Origin: Tulanevirus 60ahydrpp
Taxonomy: Duplodnaviria; Heunggongvirae; Uroviricota; Caudoviricetes; Straboviridae
Length of the DNA stretch: 64,000 nucleotides
IMG/VR virus record: IMGVR_UViG_2974724359_000001
Span: 83,795-147,794 of that record
Reading direction: 5' to 3' (one strand)
The translations under genes were made by a program, and so were the position numbers. Of this stretch, positions 63,748 to 64,000 are shown piece after piece. The notes under the pieces were generated by a model. It did not search any database, was not told the origin of the DNA, and was given only the letters and a program-made list of their open reading frames with translations. The first letter of the stretch is position 1. Each line of letters starts with the position of its first letter.

Positions 63748-63809
63748 AAAAGGCCTTCGGGCCTTTTTTCGTTTTTGTTGTGTACATTTTGATTCGGCTT
63801 TGATAGTAT
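63748..63809 (+). promoter_or_regulatory. Terminator plus early promoter GTGTAC-18-TAGTAT (duplicate of the 33875 cassette)
   Basis: Identical 40-bp segment; -10 at 63804-63809. Confidence 0.8.
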
Positions 63810-63840
63810 GAATACGTACACAACTATTGGAGAAATTCGC

Positions 63841-64000
63841 ATGATTGTTAAAGTTCGATACAATTTTGAAGAACACACTGGCGAAGCCGACGACGCTCAA
63901 ACTGCTTTTGAGAAAGCAACTGAAGTTATGCTGTCACAGCTTCCCCAAAAACCCGAAAACACGTTTTATGCCACTGTTCCAAACGATAGCCGTTTTGGCA
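63841..64000 (+). CDS. Hypothetical protein, 3'-partial
   Basis: GGAG RBS, ATG 63841, open to the end of the window. Confidence 0.6.
   Translation, partial: MIVKVRYNFEEHTGEADDAQTAFEKATEVMLSQLPQKPENTFYATVPNDSRFG

Noticed and set aside
1-64000. tRNA or rRNA genes
   Set aside because: No cloverleaf with T-loop (GTTCRA) and acceptor stem was recognised by eye; a tRNAscan-SE run would be needed to exclude them fully.

Overview
A 64-kb segment of a T4-like (Tevenvirinae/Straboviridae) lytic phage genome. The split gp43 and the missing uvsX suggest an Aeromonas 44RR/25/31-like phage, but the host is an inference. Gene order: split DNA polymerase (43A-HNH-43B), 42, 40, 41, 61, 56, dda, dexA, cef, split topoisomerase (39-HNH-60), rIIA/rIIB, denB, ndd, 52, motA, a sugar-modification operon, asiA, then a minus-strand late block (34, 35, 36/37 fusion, two gp38-like genes, e, t), then rnh, dsbA, 33, 59, 32, an Rnl2-like ligase, frd, td, denA, rnlA, alc, spanins, pseT, cd, 31 and 30. 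Strongest hunt results: (1) Gene 60, which the ORF track misses, is interrupted by a 17-nt gap (GAC-UAG...GAC). This has the signature of T4-style ribosomal bypassing but a different matched codon and about one third the gap length. (2) An operon of UDP-galactopyranose mutase, a GT-B glycosyltransferase and a BGT-like/SGNH protein, in a phage with a complete modified-cytosine toolkit and no glucosyltransferase next to gene 42, points to a furanose-sugar DNA hypermodification. (3) A 43-bp core occurs twice, each copy flanked by four sequence-unrelated mini-hairpins (candidate origin or ssDNA element). (4) Many early promoters have their -10 box inside an inverted repeat. (5) A candidate structured ncRNA lies at about 12.9-13.1 kb. 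All homology calls are from motif recognition and recalled T4 sequences; no database search was run.
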